Source: a virus. Taken from it: a stretch of 64,000 bases of DNA. The notes under the pieces are model-generated. The model had not been told where the DNA came from. It saw only the letters and a list, made by a program, of their open reading frames with translations, and ran no database searches. The stretch is taken from IMG/VR virus record IMGVR_UViG_3300011189_000006, positions 1 through 64,000 of that record. One strand, given 5' to 3'. The translations under genes and the position numbers were made by a program. Positions 19,232 through 29,648 of the stretch are shown one piece after another. The first letter of the stretch is position 1. Each line of letters begins with the position of its first letter.

Positions 19232-20029
19232 ATGGGATTATCATCAGAACAAAAATCAAGTAGACTATTTAAGAAGTCATTAGGTGCAGGGGAAACTTTG
19301 TTATCAAGACCATTTTTTCAAGAACCTAAATTAGGAAGTTCTGCAATTTTACCAGAACAGATATGGACAGAAGCGGTGGCTATCCCATCAACTGCACCAA
19401 CTCTTTCAGGTGATGGTGAAGATGGTGTTGTTAAATACCTAGAATTGTTAGAACTAGAACATGTTGCTGGTTCTCAAGACCTATCTTACTTCTCATCAGA
19501 TTTAATAGATACTATACCATTTAACTTTGGTGATGGTAGTTATAATTATGGTCTGTTTAAGAACAATGGAACAACTGTGATAAATTTTGGTGAAGGAGAT
19601 TGGTTACTTGATACTTCAGCTGGACTTCTTACATTTTATGGTAGTTTACCAAGTGGTGTTAATGCAGCAAATCCACCAAAGATTAGTTTCTATAAATATA
19701 TAGGTACTAAAGGTCTAGGAACAAGTTCTTTACAACCAGTATACCAAACAGTATCACCATCTACAACACATAATGGAACTGCATCACTAACTAGTATAGT
19801 GTTAACACAAACACCATCTATCGCATTTACTGTTGAAATATATGTTAATGGACAAAGACAAAGCCTTGGTGAAACTAATACATCAAATTGTTGGTTTGGT
19901 ACTGTAAATAGTGCTATTTTATTTACAAATTTGAGTTCAAATGATGCATTTGTATGGAATGCAGATGGATCGGGCTTTGAACTAGACACTGATGATATAA
20001 TTGATATAGTATATGCATATGAAGCTTAG
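19232..20029 (+). CDS. Virion structural protein
   Basis: C-terminal VNGQ...G..L...D.I.I.Y domain shared with 15141..16853 and 20040..21605. Confidence 0.6.
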   Translation: MGLSSEQKSSRLFKKSLGAGETLLSRPFFQEPKLGSSAILPEQIWTEAVAIPSTAPTLSGDGEDGVVKYLELLELEHVAGSQDLSYFSSDLIDTIPFNFGDGSYNYGLFKNNGTTVINFGEGDWLLDTSAGLLTFYGSLPSGVNAANPPKISFYKYIGTKGLGTSSLQPVYQTVSPSTTHNGTASLTSIVLTQTPSIAFTVEIYVNGQRQSLGETNTSNCWFGTVNSAILFTNLSSNDAFVWNADGSGFELDTDDIIDIVYAYEA

Positions 20030-20039
20030 TAAAAAAATA

Positions 20040-21605
20040 CTAAGTTTCATATATTATTAACACTGTGTCTGATGTAGATAAGTGATAACCAGCTACATTA
20101 CCATTGAAATATAAACCACTCCCTTGTTTTATTTGACTATAAGAAAGCACTGAAGCACCATTATCATCACTAAAATAACATGGTTCAGTAACAACCCCGT
20201 TTCCTATTGCCTGAGCTTGTCCATTTATAAATACTCTAACACTTGTTATTAGATTAGGTGTTCCACTTATATCAATACCAGTATATCGATTAATATCACT
20301 AGTTGCTCCTAATGGATTTTCTCTTTGGGATATAGTATCAGAAGATACAATTTCAGTACTTGGCAACCACTTGAATTTACCATCCTCATTTGATAATATA
20401 TATCCATTAATAGCATCACCATGAATACTAGTGTCCAATTTACCAACATCTATACTATTATCTATTACATCAAATGAATAAGATGTATCATCACTATTTT
20501 GTACTTCTGTTACTTGAATAGTATCTGTGCTTGAAAATTCTAGTGATGATGACTCTATAAGCGATATAAGTTTATACTCTCCTTGATTATCAAATACACC
20601 ATCGTTTATGATTACAAGAGAGCCGTTGGATATTAAAACCTCACCATAGTTTAATAGAGTTCCTTCTATTTCTAAATCACCATATATCAAATATTGGTGA
20701 TTTTCTGGTACTATAATATAATCATCAGCTGCAATTTTATTTTGTACCTTTAAAGAATCATTTGAATAATGTTGTATTAGTTGAAAAAATTGACCATTAT
20801 ATAAAAGTGAGTATATCACTCCTGATTTAATATCATTAGGTACTATATTTACTAAACCATCATCGCTAGCTTTTTTTATAATAATATCACCTAATCCATT
20901 TATATTAATAGTCGATTGTACGCTAGTATTGTCAATATCAAATGATGTAAGTAATATAGTGTTTTTGACATATTCACTATACTCAGTCTCTGTTGTTGAT
21001 TGGTATGAAATACCATCTTGTGATGTTGTATTAACTTCTATAACTTGGTTTAAATTCTCTTTAATCCAGACACCATCTGGGTATACACCATCATATCTAT
21101 AAACTGCATTTTTTTGGTCATTAATCCTGATAGAATCACCATTGTTAGGTTCTGTTTCTAACCATTCAGATGAATTCCACTCGAATACTATACCAGGAGA
21201 TTTACTATCCCATATACCACTCAATGAATCACCATCTCCTAAACCACCTAGATATCTAGAACCAGTTTGTGGTGTGCTAACTGGTGATGTTATAATTGAT
21301 TTAACAGAGTCTAACCATTGTGAAGATCCAGAAGATTCTCCACTACTAAACTCAACCCAGTTATTATTATTTGTTATTACCTCATCTACCTCGTCAAATA
21401 TTAATTGGTATGTTTTATCTTCTGATTTTACATAACAAAGCATACCCCAATCCCTTCTTTCCTCGATAATACTATTTCTATTAGATATATCATCCTTGGA
21501 ATGTACACCACCCTTTATCTCCGAGGAAAATGCAGATGCTATTGGATCTAAAGAATCATTCGGTCTTATTGATGCAGTTATTAGTGTTCCAGTATTTTGA
21601 CTCAT
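20040..21605 (-). CDS. Virion structural protein
   Basis: R..GMLCYV...KTYQL motif; same C-terminal domain as 19232..20029. Confidence 0.6.
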   Translation of the reverse strand: MSQNTGTLITASIRPNDSLDPIASAFSSEIKGGVHSKDDISNRNSIIEERRDWGMLCYVKSEDKTYQLIFDEVDEVITNNNNWVEFSSGESSGSSQWLDSVKSIITSPVSTPQTGSRYLGGLGDGDSLSGIWDSKSPGIVFEWNSSEWLETEPNNGDSIRINDQKNAVYRYDGVYPDGVWIKENLNQVIEVNTTSQDGISYQSTTETEYSEYVKNTILLTSFDIDNTSVQSTININGLGDIIIKKASDDGLVNIVPNDIKSGVIYSLLYNGQFFQLIQHYSNDSLKVQNKIAADDYIIVPENHQYLIYGDLEIEGTLLNYGEVLISNGSLVIINDGVFDNQGEYKLISLIESSSLEFSSTDTIQVTEVQNSDDTSYSFDVIDNSIDVGKLDTSIHGDAINGYILSNEDGKFKWLPSTEIVSSDTISQRENPLGATSDINRYTGIDISGTPNLITSVRVFINGQAQAIGNGVVTEPCYFSDDNGASVLSYSQIKQGSGLYFNGNVAGYHLSTSDTVLIIYET

Positions 21606-21633
21606 TTGCTTATTTTATTTTTAATTCTTTATA

Positions 21634-22608
21634 TTAACTTATTTGAAAAGTTCCTATCGGTGAATTTTGAACCGTGTTTGTTATCCATATCTCATAATTT
21701 GATACAAATCCGTGTATATTTTCAAATGTCCAATCTGTTCTAACTCTAGTAAATGCACTATTTGGTTGTCCATTAACTGTGAAACTAGGTGTTTTTGATC
21801 CAGATACAGAACTTGGCCATGCAAATATCAAATGTTGTCCACCCCCATTTATGCCATTATAGTTTTTATTTTTAGAGTTCGATAACTCATTCCCATTAAG
21901 ACCCTTTATAAGTTCAGAAGTTACAAGACCTGATATGGCAACAACTGCTCCTGGATTACTACTTAGATTCGGGTTATTTAGACTACTTAAATTTATTGTA
22001 CCCCAATAAATTCTATTTTGCCATATTAGGTTAACAGAACTATTACTTGTTTCTGTACCATCTGATGATGACATAGAAAATTGGTTAGTTTCTTGTGAGC
22101 TACCAGTTACACTGTGTGTACCAGATGTTAATTTAGTACCACTTTGGTCTAATCCAGTTGGTACAAATGACTGACCATCAACTATTATAGACGTTATTGT
22201 TTCTGATACCTTACCAACCCGCCAGTTTAGCGTTAAGCTATTAGTTGATAAACCAGAAGGATTGCCAAATTCTCTAATACTAGCACCTGATAAGGTTAAT
22301 GATGATGATAATGGTATATATGGATATAATAATTTATTCCACATTTCTTGCATATCAGTTGGATTCTCAAATGTTGTCCCAGCATCTATACCACCAACTT
22401 TAACAGGTACTGGATCTGAATTCACGAATGTTGTGTCATTCGAACCATTTGCATCCTCTGAGCGTAACCATAGAGTATATATACTATCCCTAATATCTTT
22501 TGCTGCTATAAGGTTAGTGTTATTATCTTTTAATTTATTTATTACTACAAGTAAATCATCTAACTCGTTAGATAATGTTGATCCACTTCCTACTGTACGT
22601 GCTGCCAT
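21634..22608 (-). CDS. Virion structural protein (beta-rich)
   Basis: VGGIDAGTTF, LLYPY..P motifs; lies in the structural cluster. Confidence 0.55.
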   Translation of the reverse strand: MAARTVGSGSTLSNELDDLLVVINKLKDNNTNLIAAKDIRDSIYTLWLRSEDANGSNDTTFVNSDPVPVKVGGIDAGTTFENPTDMQEMWNKLLYPYIPLSSSLTLSGASIREFGNPSGLSTNSLTLNWRVGKVSETITSIIVDGQSFVPTGLDQSGTKLTSGTHSVTGSSQETNQFSMSSSDGTETSNSSVNLIWQNRIYWGTINLSSLNNPNLSSNPGAVVAISGLVTSELIKGLNGNELSNSKNKNYNGINGGGQHLIFAWPSSVSGSKTPSFTVNGQPNSAFTRVRTDWTFENIHGFVSNYEIWITNTVQNSPIGTFQIS

Positions 22609-22678
22609 ATAAAAATTAATACTTTTTATTATATATTAATTTTAGAATTTCAGTTTATGTAAGATTTATTCAATATGT

Positions 22679-23407
22679 TTATATTCTATCCTTTAACTCC
22701 CATATAAAGTATTTATTGTTATCATTCTTCACTAAATCACCATTTATAATATCTGATATAATATCTATTAAATTACTATCACTTCCAAATTCTAATCTTT
22801 TTGAAAGAACACGTTCTAAGTTTTCTCTTGTCATTAAATCAAACATTCTTATTGTTATGTTATCACTTAGTATAACATCTTTATTCTTTAACTCATTATA
22901 ATAGAAGTCTATTACATTACCTTTTATGACCTCCATATCTTCATCTGTATAAATAATAACATTTACATCCTTATAAGACCAAGCACTGACTCTAAAAAGT
23001 CTTTTATCAGTATCAACTATATCTATATCACTTAGATTAGTGTCATAGTAATCTGCAAGGTATTTTTCCATAGAAACATTTGCCTTACCCAAACCTTTGT
23101 ATAAAGTAGTTTCTAGTTCTACTAAATTATAATCTTCTGATTCAAAGAACTTGTAATTTTCAAATGTCATTATACTATCTTTTTCCATAGCTACTCTATC
23201 TTCTATAACGTCTTTTAAGACCTTATCAGCACCTTTAATACCATTTAACTTATTCTTTGTAAGGAAGTTATCAAACCTCTTTGTACCAGGCTTTAAATAC
23301 CTTTTTAATCGACTTGGTTTTATTTTCCACTTTTCTATATATTGATCAATTAAAGAATTGATAATTTCATAGTACTTATTAGCATCCTCTCTGTTATTTA
23401 TAGACAT
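22679..23407 (-). CDS. Hypothetical protein
   Basis: 242-aa ORF preceded by the TAATATATA motif. Confidence 0.65.
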   Translation of the reverse strand: MSINNREDANKYYEIINSLIDQYIEKWKIKPSRLKRYLKPGTKRFDNFLTKNKLNGIKGADKVLKDVIEDRVAMEKDSIMTFENYKFFESEDYNLVELETTLYKGLGKANVSMEKYLADYYDTNLSDIDIVDTDKRLFRVSAWSYKDVNVIIYTDEDMEVIKGNVIDFYYNELKNKDVILSDNITIRMFDLMTRENLERVLSKRLEFGSDSNLIDIISDIINGDLVKNDNNKYFIWELKDRI

Positions 23408-23533
23408 TATGTTATTAATTTTTATGTCTTTATATATTAAAAACGAATAGCTTATAATTAATATATATGGTTCAAACTACTTATTAGCAAATTAAAACTT
23501 GTTAATGCAAAACAATATATTAATATATAGACT

Positions 23534-24436
23534 ATGAATTTAAGAGAGGTAAGAGCTTATTATAATACTAAACCAGTTGAGTTTGTTTTAAAGGAAAACT
23601 ATAACTTAGTAGAGGATAGGGAATACATCCCTAGATTTTCGCTTAAAAATGTTAAAGAAATACAAGATGTTCCGATTAACCAACCAATAAAATATTCTGA
23701 AAAAATAGCAATTAAAGCCATAAAATATGGTATGATTTTTTTAGTAAACTATAAAGGTGCAGAAGATGACCACTTTGCTGGACATGAAAGAGTTGTTTAT
23801 TTTATGGTGCTTGGTCGTTCATCTAAAGGTAAGCCTTTGCTTAGAGGGTGGCACATGAATGGTTGGTCAGTATCTAATAAAAGACATATAAATAAGATAT
23901 GGAGACTATTTAGAACTGATAGAATATTATCAATGACATTTACTGGCTCTTTTTATAGATTACCACCTAGTGGCTATAATGCTAATGATAAGGGAATGAG
24001 AGGTGGTATAATAGCTAAAGCTGATTTTAATCAGATAAGAAGAAACCAACAGAACTTAGTTAAGCAAAATACAATACAAAATAGAGATGATATAACTATT
24101 GGTGATGAGAAAAGGAAATTTGCAACAGTTGTTGTAGAAACAACTGACACACAACTAAACTTAGACAAACCAATGGACAATGCTTATATAAATAATGCAA
24201 AGGATTTACAAAGTATTAGAATTTCTTTTTGTAAATCAGTATATGGGTCAAAATATATTGCTATATTAGGAGCATTGGGACAACCTGGTAATACAGTAAA
24301 AGTTTTAGACCAAAACAATAAGCAAGTGGGTGTCTTTAAAGTACTAGATTCTATAACTGGGCAAGTATTAAAGAATATAAAAGCAGTAAAGGGAAATAAA
24401 TTATATGACCTTTATGTATTTGATAAAAAATTATAA
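23534..24436 (+). CDS. WYL-domain-like protein
   Basis: Y....ER......LG.....LLRGW......WRLFRTDRI signature. Confidence 0.6.
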   Translation: MNLREVRAYYNTKPVEFVLKENYNLVEDREYIPRFSLKNVKEIQDVPINQPIKYSEKIAIKAIKYGMIFLVNYKGAEDDHFAGHERVVYFMVLGRSSKGKPLLRGWHMNGWSVSNKRHINKIWRLFRTDRILSMTFTGSFYRLPPSGYNANDKGMRGGIIAKADFNQIRRNQQNLVKQNTIQNRDDITIGDEKRKFATVVVETTDTQLNLDKPMDNAYINNAKDLQSIRISFCKSVYGSKYIAILGALGQPGNTVKVLDQNNKQVGVFKVLDSITGQVLKNIKAVKGNKLYDLYVFDKKL

Positions 24437-24441
24437 TATCT

Positions 24442-24843
24442 ATGAAATATCTAAACCACATATACGAAGAACTAAGCATTTCTGATTTAAATCACAAAAA
24501 CCTTAATAAGTACATAGACAACCTATTATTTAGACTAGGTGAATACGAAAGCTATATAGTAGAAGATGCAGAAAAGCTAAAATCTATTGATGTTAAGATA
24601 ATAATTAGAGAGTTAAGAAATGAATTTACAGACGAGTTTATAAAAGAGCTTAAACTAACAAGCTTTATCTTAAACATAAATGAAATACTTAGACAAGATA
24701 ACAAACATTCTAGAAGGTTAGTAATTAACACTTTTAAAAGATATTATGCTTATCTAGAAAATATTAAAAAAGATAAGGTTAATAAAGAGATTGAATCTAT
24801 TAAGGGATTTGATACTTGGAAAAAATACGTAAATAAGAAATAA
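24442..24843 (+). CDS. Hypothetical protein
   Basis: ORF with MKYLNHIYEE N-terminus. Confidence 0.6.
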   Translation: MKYLNHIYEELSISDLNHKNLNKYIDNLLFRLGEYESYIVEDAEKLKSIDVKIIIRELRNEFTDEFIKELKLTSFILNINEILRQDNKHSRRLVINTFKRYYAYLENIKKDKVNKEIESIKGFDTWKKYVNKK

Positions 24844-24868
24844 TATATAAAGAAAATAATCAACTAAT

Positions 24869-25285
24869 ATGAAAAAAATAAAAATACAAAAGTTTAACGA
24901 GTCACATGAAGGAAAAAGTGAGAACTATATGTTTTTTGCTAACCTAAATCATGTTTGTAGAATGGTATCAGAGATGATGTGTATGGATAAGGGTGATGTA
25001 GATGAAATCTTAAAACAACATGATTGGGCAAATGACCACCTATCTAAATCTATGGAGTCAATACAACACGTTTATAATTTTCTATTAGCATGTGAAAAGG
25101 GTGAAAATCCAGAAGTACCAGAAGAATGTAGAGACACACAGCACCACGATATGCATAGTGGTGACACACAAGGACACGATACACATAGTGGTGAAATGCA
25201 CGATGATGAAATGCATAGCGAAGAAGAAATGGAAGAAGATATGAAAATGGAATCTAAAATATCTAAGTTTAAAGACTTTAAATAA
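24869..25285 (+). CDS. Hypothetical protein with His/acidic repeats
   Basis: NYMFFANL...HDWA.DH motif; DTQHHDMHSG-type repeats. Confidence 0.65.
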   Translation: MKKIKIQKFNESHEGKSENYMFFANLNHVCRMVSEMMCMDKGDVDEILKQHDWANDHLSKSMESIQHVYNFLLACEKGENPEVPEECRDTQHHDMHSGDTQGHDTHSGEMHDDEMHSEEEMEEDMKMESKISKFKDFK

Positions 25286-25304
25286 TAGAATAAAATTTGT
25301 AAGT

Positions 25305-25335
25305 AAAAAGGACCATTAGTTTGGTCTTTTTTTTT
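25305..25335 (+). terminator. Intrinsic terminator
   Basis: AAAAAGGACCA / TGGTCTTTTTT hairpin plus long T-run. Confidence 0.7.
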
Positions 25336-25376
25336 GAATTATACCCAACAAAATATAATATAATAATATAACTGAT

Positions 25377-25883
25377 ATGAGTACAAGTAAATCATATGAC
25401 CAAGCTGAGGTAGATAGAATAGAGAAAGCAAAAGAGACTAACGAAAAGCTAGAAATTTTTTTTGAAAACAAAAGGAAAGATTGGAACAATAAAGTGAAGC
25501 CAATATTTGAGGTTTTAAAATTAGATCCAACAAACCCTGGTAACTCTAAAAAATTACTAGACTACCAATCTATGGCATTGGTATATAGACAAGATATAAA
25601 TGACCAAATAAACCTATTCCTTAATAAAAGGAGCAAAGAGTCTGTAAAGTTAAAGGGATTAAAGCAAGAGAAGTTTATATTCTATGCAACAGGCTTTGGT
25701 ATAAAAACCAATCTAGGAGAAAAGGGCATATTGATAGATGGCCATATAGCACAAAATCAAAGAACTATGGAACTTATAGAGTCTTACATTCAGTTTCTAA
25801 GAGATACTGTCAAAAATATTGAATCCTTTGGATATAGTATTAAAAACATAATTGAATTATTAAACTACTTAGGTAGCCAATAG
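25377..25883 (+). CDS. Putative recombination mediator (UvsY-like)
   Basis: All-helical ~170 aa; C-terminal FLRDTVKNIESFGYSIKNII resembles the UvsY C-terminus. Confidence 0.5.
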   Translation: MSTSKSYDQAEVDRIEKAKETNEKLEIFFENKRKDWNNKVKPIFEVLKLDPTNPGNSKKLLDYQSMALVYRQDINDQINLFLNKRSKESVKLKGLKQEKFIFYATGFGIKTNLGEKGILIDGHIAQNQRTMELIESYIQFLRDTVKNIESFGYSIKNIIELLNYLGSQ

Positions 25884-25895
25884 AGAGAACGCAAT

Positions 25896-26249
25896 ATGAA
25901 TAATATAAGTTTTAAGTTGAAAAAAAATTGGGAAATTAAGTCTGACTTACTTGAAAATGGATCTCAAATTATCTTCTATGAGGGTCATATATTCGAACCA
26001 GATGAAAATAGTTTATATGTGATAAGTAGCCCAGTTGGTACTAGGACACTCTCGCTAGAACAGATGAGAGAACATGATAAATTTATGGAAGTAAAGCAAC
26101 ATAATATGAATATAACTAATACTGATGATGAGGTAACTAATGATGAAGTTGTTAATAACTGGAGAATACAACTTGATGTCAAAACTACTAAAAGTAAGCT
26201 CAAAGAAGTTCAGGTATTAATTGAAAAGCATATATATCCAATTCTTTAA
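25896..26249 (+). CDS. Hypothetical protein
   Basis: 117-aa ORF. Confidence 0.6.
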   Translation: MNNISFKLKKNWEIKSDLLENGSQIIFYEGHIFEPDENSLYVISSPVGTRTLSLEQMREHDKFMEVKQHNMNITNTDDEVTNDEVVNNWRIQLDVKTTKSKLKEVQVLIEKHIYPIL

Positions 26250-27067
26250 CTCTTAACCTTTGCCTTCTTTGTATTACTAACACTTTTTTTACCCTCTTTA
26301 CCAGCTTTAATCTTTTTGGTAACAGTAGCCTTTCTTTCACTCTTTGATAATGACTCGGCTTTTTTCCTAGGTAAACACCTTTGCATACTTTTTCCTTCTG
26401 GCATACTCCCACAAGATCCTGCTATATTACCTTGTGTATCTATTCTAACCCAATCATCGTCAAACCATTTGTCTAGAGCTTCATTCTTCTTCCAAGAACC
26501 ACCCCAACTATTATATTTTTTAACTGCTGCACCATTTGAGTAAGCACTAGGATATACATCAAAGCCTTTACCATCATTCGGAGAGTCGTATGTCTCGCCT
26601 TTGTGTCTAACAGATGCAACACCACCGTGTCTAGTTCCCTTAACCCATCTAAGTGCTTTCTGCCAAAGTTTTTTATCAGTTGCAGTGTTTCCTTTGGACT
26701 CATTTTTCGAAAAATCTTGAAATTTAATTAAAGTTTTTCTATCTTCCATAACACCTATCAATTGTTGTATCTCTTTCTCTATCATAGAAAGACCTTCATC
26801 AACAGAAGATACCTTTTTACTAAAATCTATTTTATTCCCAACAATCTTCATCATAAACAAATCATCAATCTCAAACTCAAATCTTATTGGGTTATCATCT
26901 ATCACAAAATTTACAATTAGTTCATTATCATTATCCCCTTCCCATTGATACATAAGGTCAGATCCATTTGTAGAGTTTTTCAACAAATCACTCAACTCCT
27001 GCATCTTAGCATTTATATTATCAGAGTCTTTACTTTCGTTTATAAAATTTAAATATTTCTTTATCAT
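26246..27067 (-). CDS. Hypothetical multi-module protein (likely head-associated)
   Basis: Likely start MIKKYLNFINES just after the AATATATA motif; YPSAYSNG and LDKWF..DWV...CG...CLP modules. Confidence 0.65.
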   Translation of the reverse strand: MIKKYLNFINESKDSDNINAKMQELSDLLKNSTNGSDLMYQWEGDNDNELIVNFVIDDNPIRFEFEIDDLFMMKIVGNKIDFSKKVSSVDEGLSMIEKEIQQLIGVMEDRKTLIKFQDFSKNESKGNTATDKKLWQKALRWVKGTRHGGVASVRHKGETYDSPNDGKGFDVYPSAYSNGAAVKKYNSWGGSWKKNEALDKWFDDDWVRIDTQGNIAGSCGSMPEGKSMQRCLPRKKAESLSKSERKATVTKKIKAGKEGKKSVSNTKKAKVKS

Positions 27068-27100
27068 AATACTATATATTATTTTCAAAACTTGTATTTG

Positions 27101-27508
27101 TTACATATTATCATAATCTAAATCTTCTAAGCCTAAATAATCCATAAACTCACCTATTGCATTATTAGTATCTTCTTTACTGAAGTAGCCAGTGAGTTCC
27201 ATTACAATATCACCTTCACTCATTCCATTCAGTATCGATTTTTTAAAAATTGAATATAAACCAGTATATACACGTCCTTGTAATTGTCCTTCAAAATTAC
27301 TTGGAGAGTACTGTGCATGTCTTGATGAAGAGTTTGGTGGTGTGCCTTTCTTAACAGCACCAGATGATATATCGGAAAAAAACTCAACACCATCAACAAC
27401 AATGTTGCCTCTAGTATTAATCTCTACTTTTCTACCAAATAAGCTAAGTATTTTACTTTTTTTACTTTCTTTCATCATTCTTTGTTTAAAGCTATCTATG
27501 TTTTTCAT
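27101..27508 (-). CDS. Hypothetical protein
   Basis: 135-aa ORF with promoter motifs upstream. Confidence 0.6.
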   Translation of the reverse strand: MKNIDSFKQRMMKESKKSKILSLFGRKVEINTRGNIVVDGVEFFSDISSGAVKKGTPPNSSSRHAQYSPSNFEGQLQGRVYTGLYSIFKKSILNGMSEGDIVMELTGYFSKEDTNNAIGEFMDYLGLEDLDYDNM

Positions 27509-27690
27509 CTTGTGTTATTTTTTTTTATACAAATATATATTAAATAAGAAGTATGGCAAAACTTATAATGATATATTCAACTATTTAATACTTATGGTCT
27601 ATAACATTATAATGTCTGTTGTATGTAATACATTATAGTTTATTTATGACAACAAATTATTTTTTTCAAATACAAATACAAATAAATAAA

Positions 27691-28476
27691 ATGTCTGATA
27701 AAATAAAATTCAAAATTAAAAATGATATGTTTCCCGATTTCATATCAAAATTAAAAGACTTAACGAATATTGATAAGACAATAAAGTTAAAAATAGACAG
27801 GGATAATATACTTATGTACTCTATGCTAGGTAGTGGTTCTATAATGGTAGCTTTTAAAAATTATATCCTAAAGACTAGCGATTATCTAGAAACAAAAGAA
27901 GATATAGAATACACATACGATATTATTATCACTAGTTGTGATAAGTTTGTAAAGAATCTTAGTTTTATAAAAGAAGAAGATTTAATTGGTATGGTTATTA
28001 CACATAGAGATTCTAATGAGAATGATGATGTTAGGGTTGCTAGAAAAATAGAAATAAAGGGTGGTAAACTAAAAGTAAATTGGCTAGCAGGTGAGTACTA
28101 TGAGGTGAGAGATTTAACCAAAGAAAAATTAGAAGAAAATCTTGACTTAGACAATAGAACTTGGAACTTTTCTCTTACACAATCACAATTTAGTGATGTG
28201 AAGAAGCTATCAAAAATAAACACTGACAATATAATAACGTTCAATGTTGATAAAGGAAAAGTATCTATATTTGAAAGAGCAGCATGGGATTTAGAAATTG
28301 GGATGATAGAAAATATTGATAAGAACTTTATATTTAATAAGAGGTTTTTAAAGTGTGTTGATGAAACAATGGAAAACATAGAGTTTAGTTTGTTCGACAC
28401 TTTCATACTTGTCAAAAACAACGATAACAATCTGATGTTGTCATATGAACAAGATTTTTCAGATGAAGATTTATAA
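27691..28476 (+). CDS. Putative DNA polymerase sliding clamp (gp45/PCNA-like)
   Basis: ~260 aa, two-domain alpha/beta pattern, upstream of the polymerase; likely start MSDKIKF. Confidence 0.5.
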   Translation: MSDKIKFKIKNDMFPDFISKLKDLTNIDKTIKLKIDRDNILMYSMLGSGSIMVAFKNYILKTSDYLETKEDIEYTYDIIITSCDKFVKNLSFIKEEDLIGMVITHRDSNENDDVRVARKIEIKGGKLKVNWLAGEYYEVRDLTKEKLEENLDLDNRTWNFSLTQSQFSDVKKLSKINTDNIITFNVDKGKVSIFERAAWDLEIGMIENIDKNFIFNKRFLKCVDETMENIEFSLFDTFILVKNNDNNLMLSYEQDFSDEDL

Positions 28477-28491
28477 AAAAATAAAAAATAT

Positions 28492-28839
28492 ATGATTGAT
28501 AGAGATAACGACTTAGACTTAAAAAAACCTATTTTTGTTCTATATGTTAATGGTGAAGGATATTCAAGACATAATACAGAAGAAAAGATAGATCATTACA
28601 AGCATTACTTAGAAAAAGATAATATAACACTTGTTGTTATTGTATCCGATAGGGATTCATTAGAAATAGTGTGGAATGGTAGTGATTACATGAAATCTGA
28701 TCAACTACTACAAACTGATATTGATAAGATAAAGAAAAGTATGTGTAAAATATATGAAGTGGTATCCGAAGATATTACAGATGCTAACATAAAAAGAAAG
28801 TTAAGAAAATATCTAATAGAAGATATACTAGATGAATAA
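28492..28839 (+). CDS. Hypothetical protein
   Basis: 115-aa ORF coupled to the methyltransferase. Confidence 0.6.
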   Translation: MIDRDNDLDLKKPIFVLYVNGEGYSRHNTEEKIDHYKHYLEKDNITLVVIVSDRDSLEIVWNGSDYMKSDQLLQTDIDKIKKSMCKIYEVVSEDITDANIKRKLRKYLIEDILDE

Positions 28840-29584
28840 AAAAGTAATACACGGCGACTGTTTTGACTATATGCCAAATATAGCAAGTAAAAGTATAGAC
28901 TTGATATTTGCAGATTTACCATATGGGACTACTAAGTGTAAGTGGGATTGTATTTTACCACTAGATAAACTATGGTTAGAATATAAGAGAATAATCAAAG
29001 ATGATGGTGCTATATTATTGTTTGCTCAGACACCATTTGATAAAGTTTTGGGAAGCTCTAATTTAGAAATGCTAAGATATGAATGGATATGGGAGAAAAC
29101 ACAATCTACTGGGTTTTTTAATGCAAAGAAAATGCCTATGAAATCGCATGAGAATATTTTGGTATTTTACAAAAAACTACCAACTTACAATCCACAGATG
29201 ACAAATGGGCATAAACCTATGAATTCATATACTAAGAAAGCATCTGTTCAGAATAAGACAAAAATATATGGGAAGGTAGATAAAGATGTAAGTGGGGGTG
29301 GTGAAACAATAAGGTATCCTAGAAGTGTACAGATATTCCCTTCTGATAAGCAAAAAAACAAATTAAATGGAACTATACACCCAACACAAAAGCCGTTAAA
29401 ACTTATAGAGTTTTTCATAAAATCGTATACAAATAAGGATGACTTAGTATTAGATAATGTAGCGGGTAGTGGAACAGTTGCCGTTGCGTGTGAGAACTTA
29501 GAAAGAAATTATATAGTCATTGAAAAGGAAATAGAGTATTATAATATTATATTGAAAAGATTAGAAATTAATAAAAATTTATGA
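28832..29584 (+). CDS. DNA methyltransferase (N6A/N4C, beta class)
   Basis: DLPYG (motif IV), HPTQKP, VLDNVAGSGT (motif I). Confidence 0.9.
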   Translation: MNKKVIHGDCFDYMPNIASKSIDLIFADLPYGTTKCKWDCILPLDKLWLEYKRIIKDDGAILLFAQTPFDKVLGSSNLEMLRYEWIWEKTQSTGFFNAKKMPMKSHENILVFYKKLPTYNPQMTNGHKPMNSYTKKASVQNKTKIYGKVDKDVSGGGETIRYPRSVQIFPSDKQKNKLNGTIHPTQKPLKLIEFFIKSYTNKDDLVLDNVAGSGTVAVACENLERNYIVIEKEIEYYNIILKRLEINKNL

Positions 29585-29648
29585 AATTACATTAAACATA
29601 GTACTTAGTAAAAACTATAAATAAAAACGAATAATAAACAAAAACTCT

